This document shows positions 1-12,676 of a stretch of DNA of 64,000 nt, piece by piece; the first letter of the stretch is position 1, and every line of letters begins with the position of its first letter. The notes under the pieces were generated by a model, which worked only from the letters and a program-made list of their open reading frames with translations, was not told the DNA's origin and did no database searches. The stretch is taken from assembly GCA_965153285.1 (NCBI GenBank), contig OZ229118.1. One strand, written 5' to 3'. The DNA is from Podarcis tiliguerta. Lineage: Eukaryota. A program made the position numbers and the translations under genes.

Positions 1-552
1 GCTTAAATACCTTGTTCACATGCTTACTTGGGCAGTAATGGTCTGTATATTATGAAGAAACAGGCACATCCTCCTTTCTTCACCACATCATAACATAACA
101 TGAGCACTCTATATGGAGGGGTGAAAGCCTGATTCCCCCACCCTTTTTTTAAAGTGAAATAACTATATGGATTTGGCAGCCATATGTGGAGTCAAATGCC
201 CATGCCATATGTGATGTGATGTATGTAACTAAATATATTGGTGAGCACCTGCTCATTTACTCTGTGAAGGCCATTGCCACCTGGGTAGGTATCTGAACCG
301 GGCTTAGGCTATTGCAGCTTAGTGAAAGGGGTTTTTTTTCCTTGGTTGTTTGGGAGGGTTGAATTGTCTACACATCATCACTGTACTAACACTACCTGCT
401 TCCTATGCAGTTTTTGTACATTAATTCAAATATGATTCTTTGTGTAACAACTAAACTAGCTCAGAATTGAATCTATTACTTATTTATGAGGTGTTTTGTA
501 ATGTCAGTGTTATTTCTGGAATGCATATGTGTGGATACTATTTTATATTTAG

Positions 553-591
553 GTTTTCTACAATGTGCTGCAAGATGACAAAATGCCAAAG
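553..591 (+). CDS. Candidate 39-nt internal coding exon of an unidentified host gene (phase-0 reading VFYNVLQDDKMPK)
   Basis: T-rich acceptor ttttatatttag (ag 551-552) and donor AAG|gtaatc at 592. Length is a multiple of 3 and phase 0 is open. No homology recognised. Confidence 0.45.
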
Positions 592-1707
592 GTAATCTTC
601 TGGCATTTACTGATTCAAAATCAAACTGCTGCCTTGCAGAAAATAGCAAAGACACTAATTGAATTGCTTATAAACGCTTTTAACAGCAAAAATAATTTAA
701 GATTGAAATATATGTATAACACATTTTATGCAAGACGATGCTTACAGAGAATTCTTTAAAATGCTTTAGCCTGAAAAAGGATTGCATGTTATATATTGAA
801 GAAAACAGAGGCTATGGGACTATTCCTCTGAAAGTTATTTTAATATGAGCATTTACATTTAGATTCATTCTAAAAGCAATCTTATGATGTTTTTAGAAAA
901 TCTTTTGCCTATTTTTCTTCTACTTTTGGATATGCTACAAATATAGTTTCCCTGGATAAAATGTTTTTTCCTTGTGTACTTGAGTAAAGAAATCTTAGCA
1001 CAATATCATTTCTTTGTAAATTGCAAATATTCTTCTAATTTTTTAGATTGCAATGAAAGCAGTGCATGCTGTGTGCATATCAGAATTGATGATGTGTGCT
1101 GTTTTGATTTTGAATGTGTTTTTGATGTCCTTGAAAAATCACAGTGGTAGCAGTAAAATTGTTTTAATTAATGAATCGGAGAGCAACAAATCTGCTGACT
1201 CAAGCTTATTGATGTAATTATCACTGGGACAGAAAGGATGCAAAATCTGGCAGGAGTGTTAAACTTCGGTTTGTTGTCATCTGAGAAACAGTAAAGTATC
1301 AGGGTGTATTTCATATGCGGTCTTCTAAAAGAATGTTTTTATTTCCTTACAAAATTATGTTGACATGATCACCATAATATTTTTCCATATACAGCTTCTT
1401 AAATATCAATACAAATATGGTAACGATTGAAAGTCAATTCATTTTGTTTTCTGTTATACAAGTGAATAATAACATAAAGATGCCTTCTCCCATTTATTAT
1501 GAAGTAATCCCTTTTTATTTAGATCACATTACCCTGGGTAAAATAGTTTGTTGATTTTTAGCATTAATCATCGTTTCTTCTTGTGGAGCCCAGCAGGTAT
1601 AAAGGAACATACCGGAAGAACCTTTAATGCCTTGTTAGACATTGCAGCTATGCTTTGCCTTGTCAGTAGGGCTGTACAGCCAGTATTCTGTCCCTCCCAC
1701 AAGATTG

Positions 1708-1820
1708 CTGGCATCCATCTGTCTCAAGAGACAATGGAAGAGTGTGCCTTCGGGGGTAAAGTAAAACTGTTGGAGAGTTACACCACCTGCTATGGCTGTA
1801 GAGACCAGTACAGGAGAGAC
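1708..1820 (-). mobile_element. Probable RTE-clade LINE 3'-end remnant
   Basis: tggcatccatctgtctcaagagacaatgga...ggtaaagtaaaac resembles a recurrent reptile RTE 3' tail in reverse. Degraded and identified from recall only. Confidence 0.3.
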
Positions 1821-1853
1821 ATAATTTATTGTAGCTGGGTTAGATTACACATT

Positions 1854-2204
1854 AAAGGTAAAGGGACCCCTGACCATTAGGTCCTGACACAAATGACTCT
1901 GGGGTTGCGGCACTCATCTCGGTTTATTGGCCAAGGGAGCCGGCGTTTGTCCATAGACAGCTTCCGGGTCATGTGGCCAGCATGACTAAGCTGCTTCTGG
2001 CGAACCAGAGCAGCGCACGGAAACACTCTTTACCTTCCCGCTGGAGCGGTACCTATTTTTCTACTTGCACTTTCAAACTGCTAGGTTGGCAGGAGCTAGG
2101 ACTGAGCAACGGGAGCTCACCCCGTCATGGGGATTCGAACCGCCGACCTTCTGATTGGCAAGCCCTAGGCTCTGTGGTTTAGACCACAGCGCCACCCGTG
2201 TCCC
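1854..2204 (-). mobile_element. Sauria SINE (Squam1), full length
   Basis: Reverse complement reads GGGACACGGGTGGCGCTGTGGTCTAAACCACAGAGCCTAGG...GGTTCGAATCCC (B box)...GGGGTCCCTTTACCTTT tail. Flanked by a perfect 12-bp TSD agattacacatt (1842-1853, 2205-2216). Confidence 0.95.
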
Positions 2205-2216
2205 AGATTACACATT

Positions 2217-2713
2217 GTTGTTGTTTAGTCATTTAGTCATGACCGACTCTTCGTGACCCCATGGACCAGAGCACGCCAGGCACTTCTGTCTTCCACTGCC
2301 TCCCGCAGTTTGGTCAAACTCATGCTGGTAGCTTCGAGAACACTGTCCAACCATCGCGTCCTCTGTCGTCCCCTTCTCCTTGTGCCCTCAATCTTTCCCA
2401 ACATCAGGGTCTTTTCCAGGGAGTCTTCTTTTCTCATGCGGTGGCCAAAGTACTGCAGCCTCAGCTTCAGGATCTGTCCTTCCAGTGTGCACTCAGGGCT
2501 GATTTCCTTAAGAATGGATAGGTTTGATCTTCTTGCAGTCCATGGGACTCTCAAGAGTCTCCTCCAGCACCATAATTCAAAAGCATCAATTCTTCGGCGA
2601 TCAGCCTTCTTTATGGTCCGGCTCTCACTTCCATACATCACTATTGAGAAAACCATAGCTTTAACTATACAGACCTTTGTTGGTAAGGTGATGTCTCTGC
2701 TTTTTAAGATGCT
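2217..2713 (-). mobile_element. Bov-B (RTE clade) LINE, 5'-truncated, about 500 bp of the 3' end
   Basis: Open minus frame SILKSRDITLPTKVCIVKAMVFS...RRIDAFELWCWRRLLRVPWTARRSNLSILKEISPECTLEGQILKLRLQYFGH...WRALVHGVTKSRS, typical of the Bov-B ORF C-terminus. (CAA)n tail at 2217-2226. TSD gattacacatt at 2206-2216 and 2748-2758. Confidence 0.95.
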
Positions 2714-3075
2714 TACATCTTTTTAAGATGCTTACATTGTTTAAGATGATTACACATTACACTTGTGAAAATAAGGACCAGATTTCAGGCTTGTATACTT
2801 CTGAGGGCTTGCCACAGGACAAAGGACTAAATCAACTAGCAATATTCCATGTTTATTTAAATGCATGATCTCCTTGTCCTAAGAAATCACTCTAAAACCC
2901 CAATCATATCTAAATTTCCTTAGAAGTAGCTTTAACTTTGTTCAATGGATCTTCTTCCCAAGTAAATGTGTAGGGAAACACAACCTATGTTGTAACCAGT
3001 GCTTTTTTTTCCTAGAAAGAGAGGTGTAGGAACTCCCACCTTTTTGGGACAGACGCTCAGTTTGGAGAGAATCTG

Positions 3076-3177
3076 CCCTCCAGATGTGTTTGACTACAAT
3101 GCCCATCAGCATGGCAAAAGAGCAATGATGATGGAAGTTGTATTTCAAAACATATGAAGGGCACCTGGTTTGGGAAG
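3076..3177. mobile_element. Degraded hAT-type MITE related to 7388-7516
   Basis: Has the same core as the 7388 element (ccctccagatg...gactacaa..cccatca...gatggaagttgta...gaagggc). Ends eroded. Confidence 0.5.
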
Positions 3178-6100
3178 TTGGACAAGGTCTATACAGTACG
3201 TGTTTGCTTTCATTAACTAATATATGTAACAGTTGCTTATGGTCTTATGTCTCCAGCAGCAAATTTGTCAATTTCTGTATTGATAGAAGAAGCCCTTCCC
3301 TGTGCTGCCGCCAATAACTTACTGTGAGAGAGCATAAATGGAAATTGTGGGTCCTTATTCTAATCATTTTGTGGCAAGAAATATACTAGGATTCCAGCAA
3401 TGATTTGTGTGAGGAAAAACCAACAAGAATACAACTTTTCTGGGGCCTGGTAAAAAGTGCAGAGCTTTTTCTGAGGGGCAAGAGAACAGGAGCCACTATG
3501 GCACTGGCGGGCCCTGACATATCCAGTTCTAGATAAAAGCTGCCTTTTCCTTACCCAGCCAACCACCCAGCAGATCCTGCGCCATGAAGCTAGCCATGTA
3601 GAACATGAACCACATGCAGCAGTCTTTAAACAGTGTGCTAGTTCTCCAAAGGCAGGTATAGAAAGTGTCATACCAGTCAGCACTTGTAGCCTCCTTTCCT
3701 GAAAATGGGATGCCTAGCATCATCTGCCAGTGGCCCCATCCTCTGGGACAGGATGCCACCATATAGGCATACTTTTATTTACAAAGAAGCCGTCTACCTG
3801 TGGAAACGGTTTGATAATGAGTAGCTGCTATGTGGCATGCCTCAGAAGTAGATTGCTTCAGATGTATTTTGCAATGCACTAAGGCCTTGTATATTTTAAG
3901 CCACCATATTACAGTTTATTTTGTGGGCAGATGGCATATAATCACAGTCTAATTTAATCTACATCTAATCTTACGGAGGAGATGACAGCCTTGGGCTCAC
4001 CTCTACTACTTCTGAAGGCACAGATACCAGAATGATGGTACCAATGAACCGGACAGTCTCTCATATGGTTAGTTACTGCAGGCTTAGACTGGTTGCTTCA
4101 AGCTGAAAATCAGATGGCAGGCTGACTCTTCAAAAATTTCACTGTAAAACAAATAGTGTAAAGGACAGAAACCAGAAGAAGTATCAGCTTTGGGGGAACT
4201 GAGGTCCATAGGTAATAAAGAATCCTATCGTGAAGCGGTTTGGGATCCTGGATACAAACAACACCTCACAGCAAGTCTATCTGCTGAATAAGAAATGTTG
4301 ATGAAATAGTAATCCATCTGTCAAAACCACTCTCACATAGCGTGGTTGTAGTGGATAAGTGCAGCACACCCAATCTGCTGTCCTACTTTCTTATTTTGTT
4401 GACTGGAAGAAGAGAGTTGGGTGGGTGGAAAGACAACACTTACTTCCTTGTTCTCCATCAGCAGAATATTTATAACTGCTCCTTGTATGAATACATTTGG
4501 CTACTTGTTGATATACCAAAAAAGAAAAAAGGAAATTTGTGGATTTAAGGTTCAAATGTTTTTAATTAATACTGCTCAATAAAGAAATATATTTCATCTC
4601 ATTTGTTATTTTCAAAGGTCTTTGTTCCATACTGTATCAGATGTATTGATTTTATGAAATAGCTAATAGGCTTTCCTTTGTGAAGAGCGGCTTTTTCCTG
4701 TGATTAACTTTTTACAATTCAATTGTTCCATCCCCTTGTGAGAAATATTTGAATGTAATAAAAAAAAAGTACATTCAAAACAAGCCGTGGTATTTCCCCT
4801 GTCCTTTTAAAAATATTGCCACAATGTGTGGCTATCTAGCCTTTCAGAGGCTAGATAGGTTTTCTTTTTAATAATGTGCCTACTATGTGAGTAAGCTTAG
4901 TTGCTGTTACTCTTCACCTGCTTTACATATGGCCAACAATAAACAAAAGAAAGTCTGGAAACACAGGGATAATTTAAACGAGACAAAAATGCAGCATAAT
5001 AATAATGATAATGATGTAGAAAACAGGAGGCGTTGAACACATCTTTAGAAGCTAAAAATCAAGATAATGGAAATCTAGAACAACCTGATTAAAGAAGCAC
5101 TAAAAATGAAAAATATATATATATTATACCAGGGGTGGCAAGCTTCAGTTTTTGATGCAGTAACATCATTCATTTCTTTTTTAATGTAATGTCATGAGAG
5201 AGACTTTTCTGGGAAGGCAAAGGACTTATTTTAACAGAATGATGATTGGATGAATGTTTGACAGCAGGGTGGTGATGAAATGGTGGGTGGAGCCAGAGTG
5301 ACAGCTTGGGAACATTGAGAGAGACAAGGAAAATGCGATTGTTGAAAGAATGAGAGAGAGGACATAGGTAAAAGACTGGAAGTCAGTTGTTAAAGAAGAG
5401 AACAAGGTATGCTAAACTAGGATGGTACTATCTGAAGGATAGTATTATTTATTTATCCAAATGATTACTTGTCATAGCTGTTGTTTTCCACAAATAAAAT
5501 GTACTGATTTGTAGGACAGATGACAGGTGATTGGATTGAGCTTCAGTATCAACACAACGCCAGTACAAAATACATTTTTAGAAAGGAAAATAAGAGAATG
5601 GAAAGAATACATTAAGGATCTTGCCGGATCTTGCCAGATGATTGTTTTGTCTTTCGTCCAACTAAGTATTTGCTACAGAGAAATCTAAGTTTCTCAGCAC
5701 TGGAAAAATCCCTTGCCTTTTGCAAAACTGTGTGTGTTCTGGCAGCTGTTGGTTGCTTCCTGTGTAATAACTAATAAGTGTCTCATGTATATATCTGTTT
5801 GCCCGTTTTAAGAATTTGTCTGAAGGATTTTTAAAAGTGAATGCATTTTCCAGTATATTTTTTAGGGCTGAGCACACCCACCTTGCCCTTCCAGAATGTA
5901 TTAACTTCACCTTATAATAATAAGCCTGCTTTGCTGTATGTTACTGCCTTAAAATTGGAACTTAAGATGCTCTAGAAGACTAATTAGATTAGATAGTGCT
6001 AAGTCCTAAGGATCGCAGGTTAAACCTATGACAAAGTAACAACAGATGCTTTTTTGAGGAGTTTGTGATCTGGTAGAGAAAACAAGTCCCCCATCTTTTA

Positions 6101-7387
6101 CCATGCTAGGGGAAGAGAAAGGAATGGAAAAGTAGAGTCATTAGTCTTCCACTCATACCTAAGGAGCATACCTAATGGGGTTATAGAGCTCGAGGGCAGG
6201 TAGTTTCATGAAATGTAAGAAAGCAAGCCTTAAGTCTAAAAAGGAAGAAAGCTTACAGGTATTGCTTTCTTTCTTTCTCATTAGTTGTCTCACAGATCAG
6301 TCAGGCTGTTATTTCTCTTTGGTGCTATGGATTGCAGCTCCACTTATGAGTTTATTTTTATTAAAATTAATTATGTGCAGAATAGAGGTTTAGTTTTATT
6401 TTGGATGCATTTTAGTTCTGTTTCTGTTTTTTTCTGAAATAGTTAAGCAATAATTTTATTTGTAGTACAGTGAGATAGCTAAATAATATGGGATTCTCAG
6501 CTGCATCCTTAAGACTGTTTTTACTCATTTCACTTTTTTAAAAAATCCTCGAACTTACTTCCCTATAAAATAAAAGGCTTACATTTGAAAAGAAGTTCCT
6601 GAACTTTAATTTGATCTCATTAGCATTTTTTTAAAAAGGTTAGTGTGTGTTTGTTACTATGCTAATATTTAAAGGCAATTTCTGCTGAGAATATTGTGTG
6701 GAACAGTTTAGACAAAGCTAAGGACATATTTAAAATTTTAATATTGAAGGAGACTATCATGAGGAAAAAGTTACTAAGGCATCCCCCTGTGCTCCCATTA
6801 ATTTGTATATTATCAAGGACCTGGTTATGAATATGGTTACTGGAGTAGGCATGTAATAAACAGAATATAATTGAATTTTCAATCTTTTGTCATGAGGGAA
6901 TAATCTTCTTACAAGACCTCTGCTCTGTCTTCCAGCTAATTGTCAGCAGTTATTCAATATTGCCACATAAATGTCATCAAATCTTGCAAACCCCCTCTCC
7001 CCGAAAAATGATTACATTTAAAAATGTGTGCCTCTACTCTATTGTGTTTTAATTATTTTCATCCACATATTTTTGTTGACATGTTCTAGAAATGATTTGA
7101 AATGAAGTTGCATAGAACTTCAAGCTCAGTTAAACTTATTTTAGAAATAAAAATGGGTCTAAATAAACCTGCAAACTAAGGAAAAGAATATTGGACATGG
7201 GCCTGAAATATGGGGAAGAGTGTTGAATGAGAGAGCATGGTTGCTGATATTAAACAGGCCAGTGGCGCATATCCTGCCTTGATTAACATTGCCTCCAGTC
7301 GACTGGTTAAGGATCAGCATAAAGTAGATTAGAGGCTGTTGTTGTGTTGGATACCCTGATGATCCTATCATTTATTTTAGTATATTT

Positions 7388-7516
7388 CAGGCTTCCTCAA
7401 CCTTGGCTGTTTTTGAGACTACAATTCCCATCATCCCTGACCACTGGTCCTGCTAGCTAGGGATCATGGGAGATGTAGGCCAAAAGCATCTGGAGAGCCG
7501 AGGTTGAGGAAGCCTG
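7388..7516. mobile_element. hAT-superfamily MITE, 129 bp
   Basis: Perfect 16-bp TIRs caggcttcctcaacct / aggttgaggaagcctg. 8-bp TSD gtatattt (7380-7387) / gtatatct (7517-7524). Internally palindromic. Confidence 0.9.
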
Positions 7517-7966
7517 GTATATCTGCTTCCCATGCTAAAAACTAAACAAAACTCATGTCTGCCATATTAGCATAATGCATACCCCACAAGTGTCCTAGAC
7601 ATCCTGTTTTTTTATCGTGAGAGAATGTTTGTGATCTTGGGCAATTTCACACCGTGATTCTCTTCCCAAAAAGTGTTTTTTCAGGGTGTGATCTTGTGTG
7701 GTCCCCCCAAAAGTGCTTTTTTGAGGAAAAGGCAGCTTGAAATCACATGATATTATGACAACCAAAATGACCGCTGTGCTCTCGCAAGAAAAAACGGGAA
7801 GGTGGTGTTCCGGATTTTGGCTTCAAAGTATTGGAGGGTATGCATAATGTAATCTTTCACGAAGTAGTCCACAGCAGTTTGGAAGTTTACATGGTTCTAG
7901 TGAGACATACGTGTTTTTAGCATCCCAGTATTCAGCCTTAAATAGAGTCCTGCATATTAAAGTTTG

Positions 7967-7985
7967 TCACACACACACACACACA
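7967..7985. repeat. (CA)n microsatellite, about 9 units
   Basis: Read directly from the sequence. Confidence 0.85.
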
Positions 7986-10900
7986 TTTATTTTATGTATA
8001 GGCTCTGAAGTCTTTTATTTACTGGATATTATTGTTATCTATGTTACAGAATTAATGTTAACTGCCGATTCTAAAAATAGATGCATGAGGTACAGACCAG
8101 CTTTGAAGTGGAGAAGCCAGATAAAAGTACTGGTTTTGTGTTTCCACAAACCCGATCCATTCAGCCAGCTGCCCTTTCCACCTGCCCTGTGAATAAAGAG
8201 TTTCCAAAAACTTGAGTTTAAAGAGGGCACTTATAGAAGCCAGACCTTTTTTGGAGTTAGCTTAGTAGAATGAGCCAGTTTCAAATTTTAAACGTGTGAG
8301 ACAAAGAGGATTAGGGATCTGCTTCCAGCCAGTGGAAATTTGATTTCAAAAGAAAACAACCATATTTTTCAAACTTTTTATTCCTATTGTATGAGTGCCA
8401 ACTGCAATAACTTTAAAATTAGTTCTGTATGGTGGATGTCAGTTGCTTCGGCCTTAAAATCTAAAATCCAAACATTTTATCAGGGACTTTGCTAAAGCAG
8501 ATTTTATTTAATCACACCAGTCACACGCCTCAGTTAATAGACTTTTGCAGATTCACAAGATATAATCACACATTTTAGACTGAAAGGTGACTATATTGTT
8601 CATATTGCAAGCATGGATACTTTTCACATATTGGTTTTTCAATGCCATTGTTTAAACAAGCATTAAACTAACAGCATGTGGATCCTTGGAATATGCAGGG
8701 CCAGTTTCCTAAGGTTCTGATTAACACATATGCTTACTAATGTACATGGCACTTTTGCATTTGAGGACATGCCATAAGCTTATTTCTGCCCATTTTACTG
8801 ATGTCTCCAAGGACAATAGCTTCATAATTTATAAGCAGCTACATTGCTTTTGGATTTTATTTGTGTCATTGAACACTGTAAATACATAAACATTAGTAGA
8901 GGTATATCTTTTAAGGAAGCATAGCTTCTTTTGCAACCAAGAACCTGTGAGAGGTAATCTTAGTTGGATGAATTTCCCCACATTATAAAACAAAAGGTTG
9001 CTTCATTTTTGAGTTTGGTCTCAACTGTCCATGTCCGCATGAAAGCAACATAATTAAACTGTATACTGTTGGAAGTACATATTTCTCATCTATTGAGCTT
9101 TTTACCAGAGCTGTGCATGCATTTCAGATGAATCCTAAATCCAGATCTGAAGTGAGCCCTTCAAAAAGATTCTGGATTTGTCTAAACCAAATCTGGTGCC
9201 CTCTAAATAGGTCTGAGCTAAATAGCTTTGTTGAGGCTGCTCAGCTTTCCCACCTAACTACTGGTGTTAAATGTCACTTCCCCACATGTCAGCTGAACAG
9301 CCTCAGCAAAGCCCCGCTGCCCCTCTGGCTTGTGCAGAGACCCTCCCCAGAGCCTGAAGAGGATGTCCTCCTCAGGTGGATATCCTAGCAAGCTACTAGG
9401 ACTCTCCAGGTACACCCCACTGGTGTGCATTTCAATGATGCACGCAAAGGCCTGGGAGTAAGACCCATTGAATACAGTGACACTTACATCTGAATAAATG
9501 TGTATAGTATTGTGCTGCATTTTTCTTTATGACCTTGGCTTTTTTGAGCCTCACTGTACTTAAGATCAGGTTATTTGACAGTATTGCTGCAAAACTATTC
9601 ATGTCTACTAAGGAATAAATCCCAGTTGACTCAGACTTTCTTAGTACTGTATAAACATGCATACAACCGGGCTTTAATGTTAACGCTAAATTTGAGCATT
9701 ACCATTTCCTCCTTCTTAATAGAAGGGTAAAGGTACTTCATTTATCTCTGCCTGTTCTACAGAGTTTTAATAATTGATATGGTATATTGGTTAACAAAAT
9801 ATCAAACACTAATTCAGTCTGCTTTGCAATTTTCATTGAACCAAGTTAGCTCAAGTTTTCTTTTTCCACCCTAAGTGAAATCCAGTGTCATGCAAAGGAA
9901 CTTTCACTTATGCACCAGGCTTTAATCTTCCTTTCTTTCCAATCCCCCAAAGCTGCTCCAGAAGATCCCCAATCTTCCAGATCAAATTTAGGGGATATGA
10001 TGGGGGCTGCCAAGGGAGAAGAGGAAGGCGAAGTCTGTTTCATGAGTCCATTCCATTTGTACATGGTCACTGTTAGATACATTCCTTCAATATTATCCAA
10101 ATTTGAAAAACTTATTTTACTATTATGATTGCCTTTGTTTTATGTTCCTGGTGGTTTGCATTTTCTTTCTAGTCTCTGATCAATTTCCCCCCACTTCTGT
10201 GGATCCTGACGGTTTTTTGTTGATTTGTTTAGTGGTTGATTTTGTTTTTGTCTTGAAGAACCTGAATCACTTAGCCATTGGTTGCTAGAACTGGCTGAGC
10301 AAGAAAGCTTGCTGTGCGCAGTTTCTGCTCAGTCACCCCATTCCCACACCAGTCATGCTGTGAGGCTGTGTGGATATCTCTCTGTGCTCATTCTGCTCTA
10401 GTCCTCTCCACTTACCTATACCAGTTGTCACTGCAGATTGACTAGAATCTTCAAAGTACACATGCACATGCCATATTTTTTATTTTTATTTTAGAAATCA
10501 ATGCTTTTGTTATAGATCATCAAGGTTCACAGCCATTTTAGCTCCATGCAAAAGGCATACTCACTTTGCTAATAGGAATCATACAACAAAATGCAATATG
10601 AATCCTATTGGTTGAGACCATATTGAAAAGTGGCTGCTACACAAGCACATCAGAGATCTCAAATCAATAACGTTAAATGTTACATTTTCGGCACAAAATT
10701 ACATTTTCATGATAGTTAATATTAGAATTGTGCAAGTGTGGATGAGAGTGCGCTCTGGAGACAAAGGAATACAATAGAAAACTAAGAGCAGAATGCTGTG
10801 ATTTCTCTAAGACATTTTTCATGGCAGAGAGAAAATGCTACCAGTACTGTAGTAGAATGGATCTGTGGCCTTGGCAGCTAAGGCAAACGGTGTTCCTTTA

Positions 10901-11230
10901 ATCAGTTCATCGTTAAGGATAAATGTAAGATTCAATATTTAATTCATGGGATAATTTTTCATACAATCATAATACTTTCAGGTTCTTTCTTTTGTTCTCG
11001 GCTTGCTTTCATCATTTCAAAAGATACTAACATAACATAAAAAGCATATGGTCATTGATTAATTGATTAAATATACACATTCTTAGTTTACTGACTTTTT
11101 CTCTTTTGTTCTATAGATGAAAAGTACACGTTTCAGTATATGAAAGCTTTTATGTGGAGGAAGGGGGGTGTCCAATAATTCTCAGAAATGAAAGTATTTT
11201 AGTATAAAGTCAAATTAAAAATAGGTGTAT

Positions 11231-11817
11231 ATTAGACTTTTGCAATGCAGCGTACTTGAATTGCCTTTGTGGACTTTTCACAAACTACAGTTAATGCAAA
11301 ATATAGCAGCTTATGGACTGATGCAGAACTTGCAGAACATGCTTTACCAGTTCTCAAGCAGCAACATTGACTTCTCAATTTCCAAAATGCTAGCTTTAAT
11401 CAATAAAGCTGTTAAAAGGCTTAGAACCAGGGAATGTGAAGGACCCCCTGTTTCCTGCTGAATTTGTATTGAGACCGACCCCTCAGGGTCTCCTCCAAGC
11501 CCCCTGCACCTTTTCAAGTAAGATGGGTGGTGACCAAAGCCAGGGCCTTTTCAATTGTGTAACCCTACCTCTGGAATGTCCACCTTTGATGCTGTGTTTA
11601 TTTCCTCTTCAGTGCAAGGTGAAAACCTTTGAATTTTCCTAGACCTTTTGAATCCTAAGACCTAGTCAGCTCAATGTGACTTTTAGTAAACTTGCTTAAG
11701 ATTGCATTGTGATCTTACTTGGTTTTGTTTTGTTTTAATGCTAGAATTGTACTCAGCTGTGGTGCTTTTCTTGTGTATTTTCTTGTTTTTTTTAGTTTGT
11801 AAGCTGCTCTGAGAGCT
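11231..11817 (+). mobile_element. L2-clade LINE 3' remnant
   Basis: Frameshifted translation LDFCNAAY / LPLWTFHKLQLMQNIAA / KMLALINKAVKRL resembles the L2 ORF2 C-terminus (RLDYCN..Y.GLP....KLQLVQNAAA; FK.L...YKAL..L). Followed by a T-rich 3' UTR ending tgtaagctgctctgag. Confidence 0.75.
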
Positions 11818-11844
11818 TTGTGTAATACATACATTTCAGGAATA

Positions 11845-12056
11845 CAGTGGTACGCTTCAGGTTACAGACTCCACTGATCCAGAAATATTACCTCAGGTTA
11901 ATAACTTTGCTTCAGGATGAGAACAGAAATCGGGCAGCGGTGGCACGGCGGCAGTGGGAGGCCCCGTTGGCTAAAGTGGTACCTCAGGTTAAGAACAGTT
12001 TCAAGTTAAGAACAGACCTCCCGAACGAATTAAGTTCTTAACCCGAGGTACCAATG
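11845..12056. mobile_element. Tc1/mariner (pogo/Tigger-like) MITE, copy 1, with a deletion near the left end
   Basis: TA|cagtggtac ... acccgaggtaccaatg|TA. Highly similar to 20503-20722 (inverted) and 29600-29841 (same orientation). Confidence 0.9.
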
Positions 12057-12676
12057 TAAATATAAAACTACCAGACAACAGGCACTTCAAGGGCCCAATT
12101 TGTATTTCATCATACAGGTATGGGAACTTGCTTTTGTGTGGCTGCATCCCACCCTGCTGTCCCTCCAAAACTTTTGGTAATATCTGTGAAGAGGAAGTGC
12201 ATGGGGCATGTGGAATATACCTCATTTTCCATGCCTGTAAATAGAGGGGAACAATGTTGATATGTGGAATGAACTATGGAATTCACCAGATTTGTACAGA
12301 TTCCTCTTTATAGATGCTCACAAAACATAAGATAAAATCCTGCCATGTAGAAGCATCTCCTGTAATGCTATCTTAACATTTAGCTTTAATGGCAGAATGT
12401 TTAAAAGAGACCATATAAAGAATTAAGGAGTTATTCAGTTTAGTTTATTTATTTGAACCTTTTATGCATAAATGTAATGTGAGCATTATTAAGTGTGAAC
12501 TCTGTAGAAAAATCTTACAGTAATCATTCTTGGGCTTGTGAAAAGAATGCAAGTGATAAATCTATGAAATCATTACTTATGTCAAAGAAAAAAGTTTCCT
12601 AGCTAAAAGTTTGGCATAACTGGTGTGTTTATAGTATACAGAGACACTAAATAGTGAATGTCCATTTTTTAAAACT

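Noticed and set aside
2253-2726. 157-aa plus-strand ORF
   Set aside because: Antisense shadow of the Bov-B reading frame.
3408-4270. Possible solo LTR (tgtgagg ... aataaa ... cctcaca)
   Set aside because: A short terminal inverted match and polyA signal are present, but the flanks (atttg / gcaag) give no TSD and no second copy is visible.
11118-11144. Strong acceptor ctgactttttctcttttgttctatag followed by ATG
   Set aside because: No convincing donor nearby and the phase-0 frame closes after 8 codons, so it cannot be supported as an exon.
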